Positions 10,413 through 20,312 are shown, numbered from the stretch's first letter. The stretch: DNA of 64,000 nucleotides from a virus (IMGVR_UViG_3300008259_003948:531-64530); one strand, 5' to 3'. Notes: generated by a model not told the origin, from the letters alone. Translations and numbers: made by a program.

Positions 10413-11042
10413 ATGGATATAATGGAAATTGTTAGATTGATCGTAACTTCCATCACCTCAATCATTGCCGCACTCATAACGGCTGGATTTTTTAAAAGTT
10501 GGTGGGAAAAACAATCGGTCTTCAAATCAAGAAAAAAGCTCGTTGGCCAAATAGAATCAGATACGCTAGTTTATCAAACAATCAAACAACTAAAACACGA
10601 TTATTATTGTGATCGTGTGTATATTATACAATTCCATAACGGAGACAATTTTTATACAGAATCTCCAATTCAAAAAGCATCAGCAACATTTGAAGTATGT
10701 TCAACAGGACTTGAAAGGGTTTCGGATAAGTTTCAAAATGTTTTGGTGAGTCATTATTCTTGGTATATAAATGAAGCCATCAAAAAACAAATGTATTTTT
10801 ATAATATAGAAGATGTTGATGATGCAACGACAAAATCACTTTTACATTACAGAGGTGCTCAGTCTCACTGCGGTGTTCCACTTTATGATGATAGAAAACA
10901 TTTGGTGGGTTTATTCTGTGTGGATTGGGTGTTTACAGAAGTTCCTGACAATTTCTTAACAAACAATGAATTTACAGATGAGTATAAAGAAAACTTTTTT
11001 ATTCAGGCGAATTCTTTGGTCAAATTAATTAAAACAAATTAA
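10413..11042 (+). CDS. Putative holin (single N-terminal TM helix plus GAF-like soluble domain, T4 T-like architecture)
   Basis: Hydrophobic IVTSITSIIAALITAGFF, then RVYIIQFHNG..GVPLYD..LVGLFCVDW. Confidence 0.5.
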   Translation: MDIMEIVRLIVTSITSIIAALITAGFFKSWWEKQSVFKSRKKLVGQIESDTLVYQTIKQLKHDYYCDRVYIIQFHNGDNFYTESPIQKASATFEVCSTGLERVSDKFQNVLVSHYSWYINEAIKKQMYFYNIEDVDDATTKSLLHYRGAQSHCGVPLYDDRKHLVGLFCVDWVFTEVPDNFLTNNEFTDEYKENFFIQANSLVKLIKTN

Positions 11043-11845
11043 TTTAAGAATCGGTATCTAAGCACTTGTAACTCACCGTTACTACTTTCAATACTTGATG
11101 AGAAGTGAGAAAGATCAACATCTTCTAAATCATCAACTTTATTTATATAAGTAGATCCTCTAAATCGTTGATCGATATCAAAATCAGAATCACTTATAGT
11201 TTCTGGTTCTTTTTCATCAATAAATATTCTAAAAGTATTTGGTGAGTCAAGTATGTAGCTTTCATCAATTTCTTCATTTGAGTCTCTGTGTTTGTAAACA
11301 TAATCAAATACCGAAGTATTATAACTCACATATTCAGAAATTACATATTTTGTCAAATCATTAAATTGTATAGATCCCGTTCCATCACAATACTGGCATT
11401 CATCACTCCCAGCACCATCACAATGACTACAAGTTTCACGACCTTCACCATCACAATTGTTACACGATTCTTCGTCTTCACTATCGGGATCTATTCCTGA
11501 TCCGTCACATTCATCGCAGTTATAATCGCCACTTCCATTACAATAATCACAAGTTATTGTTCCGTCACCACCACATTCATCACATCCTTTTTCTATTTCG
11601 TCTTCGGAAAAATATACAGAAGAGAATACAAATAAAAATGAATTTATGGTTTGAAGTTCTTTATTTGGATCTTTACCATCATTTATTGCTTTGGTTAGAA
11701 AAACAATTTTAACGAAATCAAGAGCTGGAATTTTTTTAATAAAAGTTCTAACCAAATTATTTGTCATATAGTCTCCGTAAATCTTTTGTAATGACTTTGA
11801 CTTTGTATTTACGGACAAACTTTTTGCAATCCCAACTAAATTCAT
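11039..11845 (-). CDS. Protein with DnaJ-type zinc-finger repeats, no J domain
   Basis: Six CxxCxGxG motifs (CDECGGDG, CDYCNGSG, CDECDGSG, CNNCDGEG, CSHCDGAG, CQYCDGTG); no HPD motif. Confidence 0.75.
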   Translation of the reverse strand: MNLVGIAKSLSVNTKSKSLQKIYGDYMTNNLVRTFIKKIPALDFVKIVFLTKAINDGKDPNKELQTINSFLFVFSSVYFSEDEIEKGCDECGGDGTITCDYCNGSGDYNCDECDGSGIDPDSEDEESCNNCDGEGRETCSHCDGAGSDECQYCDGTGSIQFNDLTKYVISEYVSYNTSVFDYVYKHRDSNEEIDESYILDSPNTFRIFIDEKEPETISDSDFDIDQRFRGSTYINKVDDLEDVDLSHFSSSIESSNGELQVLRYRFLN

Positions 11846-11867
11846 ATCGATAAATATATTATAAGTT

Positions 11868-11899
11868 AAAAAACCCACCTATAAAAGATGGGTTTTTTT
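11868..11899 (-). terminator. Intrinsic terminator directly after tmRNA
   Basis: Minus-strand AAACCCAUCU-UUUAU-AGGUGGGUUU followed by a U tract. Confidence 0.8.
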
Positions 11900-11900
11900 G

Positions 11901-12294
11901 TGGTGGAGACGCGGGGTTCCGCCCCCCGGTCTTGCTCATTTCGAATAAAGAAGACTACACGCTTAGGTCAATATTGGTTCTCAATATTCCGAAATATTTC
12001 GTTTTAATTTTTCCATCAAAACGAATAAAAGTGGAGGATTCACTTCTACTGGGGTAGAACCCTGAACGGAACCCACGATACTACGACTTCTGTTGCTAGG
12101 TTAGTGTCTGCCGACCCCTTAGTAAAGTAACTATTAAGCTACTGTTACACCTTCAGTGCGGACGAGTCCGAGAGTCTGAAGTTTTGCGAAAGTTTCGCCA
12201 TTTAAAGTTTTGTCTCCGTGTATTAGAGTGATAGGAAACCTCTCACTGCGTGCCTTCTATACTTGATAACGCCAATCGATACTATGTCGTCCCC
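11901..12294 (-). ncRNA. ssrA: tmRNA (one-piece, 394 nt); predicted tag (A)GETFAKLQTLGLVRTEGVTVA encoded at 12199-12134
   Basis: 5' GGGGACG pairs with 3' CGUCUCC-ACCA and carries the G3:U alanine determinant. T-arm CGGGG-GGCGGAA-CCCCG. UAAAU precedes the resume codon GGC; tandem UAA UAG stops. Confidence 0.93.
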
Positions 12295-12376
12295 GTATGA
12301 ATGTAAATATAATAAAACTAATCTAATCTATCAATTTTTTATATTAATAATATATTTATTAAGAAAACCAAAAAAT

Positions 12377-12937
12377 ATGAAAAGAGTTGTAAAATTGACA
12401 GAACAAGATTTATATAGAATCGTAAAAAGAGTTATCAAAGAACAAGGAACCACAACACAACCTCCAGCTGGTGCTCAAACAACAACACAGTCTCAAGCTG
12501 GCGCTCAAACAAGTGCTTTTATTGATGGTGTAACTAGAAACGCTAATAATGATGAACTTTTAAATAAATACATAGGTTTGGGAGGTATTACCACAGGTAG
12601 GGAAGCGATAGATAAGTTATTATCAGATGGGGATCCCCGAGCAAAAAATTATTTAATTAATCAGGCTGATATAGAAAGAAAAGAACAAAAAACTGGTTTA
12701 GCATCAAAATTCAAAGGAATGATAACTGCGTTCTTACAAAAAACTTGGGAAAATAAAGTAGATTTGACAACAAAGAACGAATCAATATTCCCCGCTCTTT
12801 TAAAAGATACAGATTACTTTGAAACTTATAAAACGCTTACCACCAAATTCGATGGAAAAGAAATTTTAACAGCATCCGATTTAAAAAATATCTATAATAA
12901 ATTAAAAGAATATCAAAGAACATTTAGATTCTCATAA
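12377..12937 (+). CDS. Hypothetical protein with N-terminal MKRVVKLTEQDLYRIVKRVIKE leader (putative head-packaged protein)
   Basis: Start moved to 12377 because the track start overlaps the tmRNA; TATTTAT at 12353. Confidence 0.7.
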   Translation: MKRVVKLTEQDLYRIVKRVIKEQGTTTQPPAGAQTTTQSQAGAQTSAFIDGVTRNANNDELLNKYIGLGGITTGREAIDKLLSDGDPRAKNYLINQADIERKEQKTGLASKFKGMITAFLQKTWENKVDLTTKNESIFPALLKDTDYFETYKTLTTKFDGKEILTASDLKNIYNKLKEYQRTFRFS

Positions 12938-12945
12938 AGATAAAT

Positions 12946-12968
12946 AAACTCCCCAATTGGGGAGTTTT
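12946..12968. terminator. Bidirectional terminator between convergent genes
   Basis: AAACTCCCC-AATT-GGGGAGTTTT palindrome. Confidence 0.8.
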
Positions 12969-12974
12969 TAGTTT

Positions 12975-13436
12975 TTAAGACTCTGAAAGTTTCAAATTAG
13001 TTGTTGTCCACCCCTTGATATATTTAATACCGTTTTCAACAAAAGACCACCTCACATAAATTACAACTTTTTTATAATCTTCAGAATGGTCAATTAATAC
13101 GTGATATTTTTGACCTTCAAAAGATTCAATATCAATATTCATAATGGCATTTGTTGGATTTACACTCAATATTTTACCATTTTCAAATACTTTTTTTCCA
13201 TCTAAAGTCCAATTACTAGTGAAGATCATATTAGATAGATCATACACAATGTTTAGGCTACCCTGAAAATCAACTCCACCTAAAATTTCTAATTTATTCG
13301 AATCTAAAGCTTCAATTGTCCCGTATTTGAATTCGTGTTTAAAAAATGTAGTATTATCAATAACTAATGAAAACTTCTGAGAATAAACAATGTTTGAAAA
13401 AATAACAAACAGGATTGAGAGAATTACCTTTTTCAT
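12975..13436 (-). CDS. Secreted hypothetical protein with a Bacteroidota-style signal peptide
   Basis: MKKVILSILFVIFSNIVYSQ, with a predicted cleavage before Q; host-type promoter upstream. Confidence 0.7.
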   Translation of the reverse strand: MKKVILSILFVIFSNIVYSQKFSLVIDNTTFFKHEFKYGTIEALDSNKLEILGGVDFQGSLNIVYDLSNMIFTSNWTLDGKKVFENGKILSVNPTNAIMNIDIESFEGQKYHVLIDHSEDYKKVVIYVRWSFVENGIKYIKGWTTTNLKLSES

Positions 13437-13464
13437 TTTAATATGTTTTATTGGTTAGACACTA

Positions 13465-13495
13465 CAAAGATAAATATTATTTTAATACAAACAAA
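13465..13495 (-). promoter_or_regulatory. Bacteroidota primary-sigma promoter (-33 TTTG, 19 bp, -7 TATCTTTG)
   Basis: Exact match to TTTG-N19-21-TAnnTTTG. Confidence 0.7.
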
Positions 13496-13519
13496 TTATT
13501 TTGATATTTATTTTATAAT

Positions 13520-14638
13520 ATGTCATACGATACATACAGAATATTAAAAATGATTGCCGATGGGGAGATTAAAAATGAAAGTCCTTTGGTATCATCCGAT
13601 GCTCTTGTCATAAATGTTTCAATAAATAAGTCTAATCCACAAAGATCGGTAGTTAAATTAGTATTTGGAGATAGACAAACAAGTTTTTTCCAAATATTTT
13701 CAGATAAATCAAACGACTGGGAAGTTGATTTTGCAAATAATATATATCATTTCGAGTATCACGATTGGGAATCATTTGATTGGGATCGGTTTACAGAAGT
13801 TTTTTTAGATGGGGAGTATTTTAATGAACGAGAATTAACAAATGAACAACAAGAAACCTTACGAGAAATTCTATCAATACTTGATATGAAATCGTCTCAC
13901 GATCTTTTTGATTTAGAAAATCGTGCAAACTATAGTAAAACATTTTTTGATTTTTATGAGACATATGTTGAAGATTTTTTTGAAGAAGAAATTAGTATTA
14001 GAGATAATTGTGAGGTTCAATCAATGAGAGAATCTATGGAAAAAACGGAATCAAATATTTTATTCAAATATAATATCTTTGTGAAAAATCCGTTTTATGT
14101 GTATTACACAAATGTAGATACTTTAATTAATTTGTATGAAAAGACATCGGCACAAGATAAAGACATTTTAGGTTTATTAACAAGAGTAGTTTACGAAGAC
14201 TCAAGTATAGATGGTCTATTTTATGAAGAATATAAATATGAATATGATTGTATGACTAAGTATTGGGATGACACACGATATAGTAATGCAATGACTATAA
14301 TGTTAGACCGTATTTTGGAAAAGGTTGAATCTGAATTTGAAACCGATGATCAAAGAAAAGAATTTATGAAGTTTTATAAATTTATATCATCAAAGTATAC
14401 TATCGGGAAATGGTATTTTAGAAAACCAGAAACAAAAGGTTATAATAAAATAAAAATTGATGACATAGATAAACAAACATTGGATTTGATTGTAACTGTT
14501 GATTCTGTGCACTCTATGAAATTTGTAATTGATAATTACAGTAAATACAACAAAAATGATTATCCAAAAAAGGTTGTTAAAATGGAATACGATCAATTTT
14601 TAAATTTTTTAAATCAACCAACATTATTTGATGATTAA
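13520..14638 (+). CDS. Hypothetical acidic/aromatic protein
   Basis: 372-aa ORF behind TATTTAT at 13505. Confidence 0.7.
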   Translation: MSYDTYRILKMIADGEIKNESPLVSSDALVINVSINKSNPQRSVVKLVFGDRQTSFFQIFSDKSNDWEVDFANNIYHFEYHDWESFDWDRFTEVFLDGEYFNERELTNEQQETLREILSILDMKSSHDLFDLENRANYSKTFFDFYETYVEDFFEEEISIRDNCEVQSMRESMEKTESNILFKYNIFVKNPFYVYYTNVDTLINLYEKTSAQDKDILGLLTRVVYEDSSIDGLFYEEYKYEYDCMTKYWDDTRYSNAMTIMLDRILEKVESEFETDDQRKEFMKFYKFISSKYTIGKWYFRKPETKGYNKIKIDDIDKQTLDLIVTVDSVHSMKFVIDNYSKYNKNDYPKKVVKMEYDQFLNFLNQPTLFDD

Positions 14639-14670
14639 TTTGTATAATTAAAACTTTTGTTATATCTTTG
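14639..14670 (+). promoter_or_regulatory. Bacteroidota primary-sigma promoter (TTTG-N20-TATCTTTG)
   Basis: Consensus match ending 4 nt before ATG 14675. Confidence 0.7.
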
Positions 14671-14674
14671 TGGA

Positions 14675-15502
14675 ATGGAAAGAAATTATCAACTACTCAA
14701 AGATGTCCTGTCGGTTCCAACCAAAACTTACAAGGAAGAAAAAATGGTTCAATTTATTTGTGATTGGTTAACCCAAAACAATATACCATTTTATAAGGAT
14801 CAATTCAATAATGTATATGCAACCAAATCAGAAACTGAAGTTGGTGATGGATTCTTTTTTCCTTGTGTGGTTTCTCATACTGATACTGTTCACAATCTTG
14901 ACACAATAAATATTGCTGAGGAATATCTTCCAAACGCACAAAAGGAGGTTAAATTGTCATTAAAAGCTTATAATGATAACGGAGACCCAACAGGTATTGG
15001 TGGAGATGATAAATGTGGTGTTTATGGTTGTTTGGAACTTTTGAAAGAACTTCCACATTTAAAAGCGGCTTTCTTTGTGTCAGAAGAGACAGGTTGTCAC
15101 GGATCCAAAAAAGCTGATCCCGAATTTTTCAAAAATGTTGGATACGCAATTCAATTTGATGCCCCTGAGAATTGGATGGTTACAGAATATTGTATGGGTG
15201 TTTCCCTTTTTGACGCCAAAAGTGATTTCTATGATAAGTGTGAAAATATATTGGTTGAAAACTTTAACGAAGATCTAAGGTTTATGAAACATCCCTATAC
15301 TGATGTTTACGCTTTAAAAGCCAAATTCGATTTTTCTTGTATCAATATATCAATCGGATATTATCAATATCATACAAGAAACGAATATGTGGTTGTTGAA
15401 GATGTTTACAATGGAATCGAAACAGGAAAAAAGATGATTGAATCTTTGGGATATAAAAAGTATGAGTATAAATTAAAAGAGGACAAATACTTTTTACTTT
15501 AA
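14675..15502 (+). CDS. M20/M28-family zinc peptidase
   Basis: SHTDTV, GGDDKCG, SEETGCHGS and QFD motifs plus a C-terminal His (YHT). Confidence 0.8.
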   Translation: MERNYQLLKDVLSVPTKTYKEEKMVQFICDWLTQNNIPFYKDQFNNVYATKSETEVGDGFFFPCVVSHTDTVHNLDTINIAEEYLPNAQKEVKLSLKAYNDNGDPTGIGGDDKCGVYGCLELLKELPHLKAAFFVSEETGCHGSKKADPEFFKNVGYAIQFDAPENWMVTEYCMGVSLFDAKSDFYDKCENILVENFNEDLRFMKHPYTDVYALKAKFDFSCINISIGYYQYHTRNEYVVVEDVYNGIETGKKMIESLGYKKYEYKLKEDKYFLL

Positions 15503-16113
15503 AAAAAGTCTTCCAATTTATCCATAATTTTTTTAACAATAGGTAAGTCAGAAACATCTACCTTTTCTCCATCAGGTAAAGATTTCTTTATTTCTAATAC
15601 CTGATTGAAAAGTGGAAATGTTGCCCCCTTGATCATTCGAGACATAGTTGGATAGTTCTCAATATAATTTCCGATCTTAAAGTGTTTGTTTTTTTCTTGT
15701 TCAGATAAATTCAAAATGGAAACAATATAATTTGTTCTTTCTTTGGCAAATTCATCTGCATCCATCTCGAGATCCCAATAAAGTTCAAAAAAATTTTCAA
15801 AGTCTTCAAAATCGCCAGATAGAGGATTTTGTTTTTTTAATCTACTAATCTGAATTTCGTGTCTAATTTCGTGGAATATTACATATACAAAGTCGGCTAT
15901 TGTATGAAACTTTTGTGGTGAACAAATAATGACAAAATTTCTTGTTCTTACACCTGAAAATCCTGCAGAACAAGAATTGTAAAACTTTACAACAAAACCA
16001 TTTTCACTTACAAATTTTTTTATGAATGTCGAAATTTTGTCTATTTCAATTTTTACATTATCTGGAACTTCAGATTTAAATTTTTCCATCAATATGTCAA
16101 AATTGGATTTCAT
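15499..16113 (-). CDS. Putative zincin metallopeptidase
   Basis: FHEIRH (HExxH) with downstream ExDA (LEMDAD). Confidence 0.55.
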   Translation of the reverse strand: MKSNFDILMEKFKSEVPDNVKIEIDKISTFIKKFVSENGFVVKFYNSCSAGFSGVRTRNFVIICSPQKFHTIADFVYVIFHEIRHEIQISRLKKQNPLSGDFEDFENFFELYWDLEMDADEFAKERTNYIVSILNLSEQEKNKHFKIGNYIENYPTMSRMIKGATFPLFNQVLEIKKSLPDGEKVDVSDLPIVKKIMDKLEDFF

Positions 16114-16127
16114 ATTACATAAATACT

Positions 16128-16150
16128 AAAGGGGGAACTATTCCCCCTTT
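16128..16150 (-). terminator. Hairpin overlapping the clp stop codon
   Basis: AAAGGGGGAA-CTA-TTCCCCCTTT inverted repeat. Confidence 0.6.
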
Positions 16151-17810
16151 TTCTTTTTCGATTTTTTCTCTTTCTGTTTTTCCAAGACCAATTTGTCCTC
16201 ATCACATTTTATGTGGTAACTTTCTCCGACAATCAAATTTGATTTAAGGATCTCTTCAGATATGAAATCTTCTACCTTATCTTGAATTGCCCTTTTAAGT
16301 GGTCTTGCTCCGTATGTGTCATCAATACCAGCTTTTGATATTAATTCCACCAAAGACTCATCATATGAAATATTGTATTTGAGTTCTTTGATCCTATTGA
16401 ACAATTTCTCAAGTTCGATCTTTACAATTTCTTTCACATTACTGTCACTGAGAGTATTAAAGATAATTGTATCATCAATACGATTTAAGAATTCGGGGGC
16501 AAAAAACTTTTTAAGTTCTTTATTCAATATATCCTTTTTCATTTCTTCTTGAATATATTCATTACTTGATGATGAGAATCCCATACCTGTTCCGAAGTCT
16601 TGAATCTTTTTAACACCAAGATTTGATGTCATAATAATCAAACAATTCTTAAAGTTAATTTTTCTTCCCAAACTATCAGTAATATGTCCTTCGTCTAAGA
16701 TTTGAAGTAAAAGTGAGAAAATATCTTTGTGCGCCTTTTCAATTTCATCAAATAAAACCAAAGAGTAAGGTTTATTTTTAACTTGTTCAGTTAATTGACC
16801 ACCTTCTTCATAACCAACATAACCTGGTGAAGATCCTATAAGTCTTGTCATACTAATTTTCTCTTGGTATTCAGACATATCAACTCTAATCAAAGCCTCT
16901 TCACTACCAAAGATTTCTTTAGCCAATTGTTTTGCCAAATGGGTTTTACCGACACCAGTACTACCCAAGAATATGAAACCAAATCAATCGGAACATCTTT
17001 TCTATTTAATAATAGTTCCTTCTCAAACTTCTTTTTTTCGTCTTCGAGTTTTGCCAAGATTTTCTTTTCTTTGTCTCGTAATTCAGCCGCTTGTTCAAAA
17101 TTTTGTCTTTTAACAACTTCTAACTTTTCTTTTTTTACATCAGAGGCTTGAGTTTTAAGATCCTCAATAATATCAGGTATTTTAATCTCAACTTGACATC
17201 TTGCGCCAACTTCATCCATAATATCAAAAGCTTTGTCAGGAAACTCCCTATCGGTTATATACCTGTCGGCCAATTCAACACAAGATATCAATACTTCTTC
17301 ACTATAATTTACTTTGTGATACTCTTCGTATTTAATTTTTGATTGTTTTAAAATTTCTAAGGTTTCGGACTTTGATGAACCATCAATTACAACCTTTTGA
17401 AACCTTCTTTCTACTTGTAACTCTTCAATGATAACTTTCATCCTTTCTTCGAACTGACCCCTATATTTGGTTCCGGCAACAATTGAAGTCATATCCAAAG
17501 ACAGGATCCTTTTGTCCAAAAGATTTCTTGGGCAATCTCCTTCAAATATCTTCATTGCCAAACCCTCAACAATACTTGTTTTACCACTACCGGCGCCACC
17601 TAAGATTATTGGGTTATTCTTTTTTCTTCGAGATAAAATTTGGGCAATTCTGATAATTTCTTTTTCCCTACCAATTACAGGGTCTATTTTTCCTTGTTCT
17701 GCGAGTTTGATCAGATCCCTTGAAAAATTATCCAACACGGGTGTTGGGGAATCTGTGGTTTTTTGTTTGTTTTCTTTAGGTGAGTCGTTATCAAAATGTT
17801 CGGTCATCAT
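16138..17810 (-). pseudogene. clpC: ClpC/ClpB-like AAA+ unfoldase lacking the N-domain, with two apparent internal deletions (one causes a frameshift); pseudogene or assembly error
   Basis: D1: DPVIGRE, RRKKNNP, GxxGxGKT, AGTKYRGQFEER, but no Walker B (EELQV joins ERRFQ directly). UVR-type NFEQAAELRD. D2: GSTGVGKT, DMSEY, GYVGYEEGG, LFDEIEKAH, GARPLKR, in a different frame. Confidence 0.8.
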
Positions 17811-17907
17811 ATTTTTTTATTAAAAGATAAACTTAACAGAACAATAAATCAACCTTAGAGAATCATTGACAAGATTTTGATAATATTTATTGTTAAAGAA
17901 AAAGATT

Positions 17908-18150
17908 ATGGCAATTATCAGAGAAACAATATTGGGAACAAAAATTATCAATGAAATTCAATCTAGTAATATAAAAAGAACTGAATATGATACTGAAACA
18001 GAGAATTTAGTTGTTGAGTTTAACAATGGACTTGTCTATGTATATGAGAAGGTTCCTCACAAGGTATACACACAATTCAGACTTTCAGAGTCGCAAGGAA
18101 AGTTTTTCTCAAGTGAGATATCAAAAAAATTCCCATATAAGAAAGTTTAA
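17908..18150 (+). CDS. KTSC-domain protein
   Basis: SSNI..YD..L.VEFNNG.VY.Y..VP...Y......S.GKFF pattern. Confidence 0.85.
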   Translation: MAIIRETILGTKIINEIQSSNIKRTEYDTETENLVVEFNNGLVYVYEKVPHKVYTQFRLSESQGKFFSSEISKKFPYKKV

Positions 18151-18182
18151 ATTTTTTTTATCAAACAATCTATTTATTGTTG

Positions 18183-20312
18183 ATGGAAAATTCACAAAAA
18201 ATAATTAAAAGTTTTTCTTTAAAAGAATCTTTAAATCCAAAAATTTGGACTTCACCAACAAATCCAGACTCCTCAGAACTCAAAGAAAATATTAGACTTA
18301 AACTTTTGGAAATATCTAACCAATTTCAAGAGTTCATAGGTTTAGAGATATTTGTTTCTGATATTCATATGACAGGATCTTTGGCAAATTTCAATTGGTC
18401 TGAATTTTCTGATATCGATTTACACCTAATTGTTGATTTTTCGCAGTTTTCAGAAAAACAAAAAGAATTATATACTGAGTTATTCAAACTCAAAAAAACA
18501 TTATTCAATCTACAACATAACATTAAAATCTTCACTTATGATGTTGAGTTGTATGTTCAAGATGAATCAGAAGAACATACAAGTTCGGGTGTTTACTCTG
18601 TTTTATTTAATGAATGGATCGTAACACCAAAAAAAGAAGATTTTCAAGTTGATAAAAAAGTATTGTTGAATAAGGTTAATTCTTGGATTACCAAAATAGA
18701 TGAAACTATTGAACAGGCCAAGGAAGAAAAAGATTTAGAAAATTCATTGGAATTTTTGAACAAACTTAGAAAAAAGATAAAAGAATACAGATCAACAGGC
18801 CTATCTAAAGGCGGAGAGTTTTCATACGAGAATTTAGTTTTCAAATTCTTAAGAAGAAATGGTTATATTGAAAAACTATTCAATTTTGAAAATGATATTA
18901 TTGATAAAAGATTGTCCTTGAAGGAAAGTAGAATTAAAAGACTGATCAATGAAGATTTAATGAATCCAGTAGGGTCTGACCGGATAACATCAGGATATAG
19001 GACAAGTTCAAGACCAAATCATAGGGGTATTGATATAGGTGTTAGTATTATGACGCCAACATACGCCGCTGAAGATGGTATAGTTAAAAATGCCGATAAT
19101 ACAACAGACCCAAGAAATTGTGGAGGTTTTATTAAAATCGATCACCCCAATAATATAATGACGAAATATTGTCATATGAAAAAATGGGTTGTTCAACCAG
19201 GACAACAAGTTAAAAAAGGGGATTTGATTGGATACTCCGGTGGTGATAAGGGTGGTGTTAATAGTGGTAACTCAGAAGGACCACATTTACATTTTGAAGT
19301 ATGGGTTAATGGTAAAGATGTAGATCCTGAGACAATGATAGGGTCAAAATTGGAAACACCAATACAACCACCATCAACTAAAGATCAAACCAATACGGAC
19401 ATTCAAGGTAAAATCGAAGATACAAAAGATAAATTAAAGGACAAACTTGGTGATGTTCAAGACAAAGTAAAAGATGGTTTTTCTGGTTTATTTTCTTCAC
19501 CATTTTTCAAAATATTCAAAAAAGATTTATCAGTTAGAATTCAAAAACTAATTGATAAAAATGTTGTTTTAGAGAAAAAAACAAAAGACGGAAAAGACGA
19601 ATACAATTTTTCTGTTGTTCCTGTTGAAAAAGCTATGGTATTTTTGGGATATGCGCCCAAGAACTATTATGTAACTGCAAAATATAATGACAAATTAATA
19701 GAATATATTAAAAAATTCAAAGAAGATAATAATTTGGATTTAGATGACACTATGGATAAGTCAGATCTTGAGGTTTTGAAAAAATTAGTTAAGAATAAGG
19801 AAGATTTAGATAAATCAGAACAGAAAAAGAAAAAAGAAGAAGAAAAAACTAGTGGCGATACACAAAACAAAGAAAAAGAAACACCAATTATATCATCAAC
19901 CGATGATGATTTTTACAAAAAAATATTAGAAGGTTTAGGAGCACCAATTACTGACGAAAATTTAAAATTTCTTTATGGTTGGAGACAAGCAGAAAAGGGA
20001 ACCGCCAAAAACAATCCTTTTAATACGACATTTAGTTTAACCAAAGACACCAATATGTCTGATTATAATTCCGCTAAAGTTAAAAATTATTCAAAACCCG
20101 AATATGGTATTGAAGCAACTGTAAAAACATTACAGAGTACAAAATATGACTACTCTTGTATTGTTAATGGTTTAAAAAATAATATCGGTGCCAAAAAAAT
20201 AAGTGAGTGTCCCGCTTTAGATATGTGGGGTACTGGTGATTTAGTTGCGAAAGTAATCGATGGATATGATTCGGGGGCTAGTTTTAAAAATCCACCAATT
20301 GTAAGGACTTAA
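18183..20312 (+). CDS. Fusion: Pol-beta-like nucleotidyltransferase, M23 peptidase, PG-binding-like region, and lysozyme-like C-terminal domain
   Basis: TGSLANFNWSEFSDIDLH (GS..DxD); HRGID, YCHM and GPHLHFE (M23); WRQAE..NNPFNTT. Confidence 0.75.
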   Translation: MENSQKIIKSFSLKESLNPKIWTSPTNPDSSELKENIRLKLLEISNQFQEFIGLEIFVSDIHMTGSLANFNWSEFSDIDLHLIVDFSQFSEKQKELYTELFKLKKTLFNLQHNIKIFTYDVELYVQDESEEHTSSGVYSVLFNEWIVTPKKEDFQVDKKVLLNKVNSWITKIDETIEQAKEEKDLENSLEFLNKLRKKIKEYRSTGLSKGGEFSYENLVFKFLRRNGYIEKLFNFENDIIDKRLSLKESRIKRLINEDLMNPVGSDRITSGYRTSSRPNHRGIDIGVSIMTPTYAAEDGIVKNADNTTDPRNCGGFIKIDHPNNIMTKYCHMKKWVVQPGQQVKKGDLIGYSGGDKGGVNSGNSEGPHLHFEVWVNGKDVDPETMIGSKLETPIQPPSTKDQTNTDIQGKIEDTKDKLKDKLGDVQDKVKDGFSGLFSSPFFKIFKKDLSVRIQKLIDKNVVLEKKTKDGKDEYNFSVVPVEKAMVFLGYAPKNYYVTAKYNDKLIEYIKKFKEDNNLDLDDTMDKSDLEVLKKLVKNKEDLDKSEQKKKKEEEKTSGDTQNKEKETPIISSTDDDFYKKILEGLGAPITDENLKFLYGWRQAEKGTAKNNPFNTTFSLTKDTNMSDYNSAKVKNYSKPEYGIEATVKTLQSTKYDYSCIVNGLKNNIGAKKISECPALDMWGTGDLVAKVIDGYDSGASFKNPPIVRT

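Noticed and set aside
11901-11930. tRNA gene suggested by the CCA end and T-arm
   Set aside because: No anticodon arm; the matching 5' acceptor strand is about 390 nt away with a tag frame in between, so it is tmRNA.
12263-12376. N-terminal extension of the 12263 ORF
   Set aside because: It overlaps the tmRNA 5' end and promoter region; ATG 12377 follows the TATTTAT motif.
16960-16990. Programmed frameshift in clp
   Set aside because: Conserved protein sequence is missing at the junction and there is no clear slippery site; a deletion explains it better.
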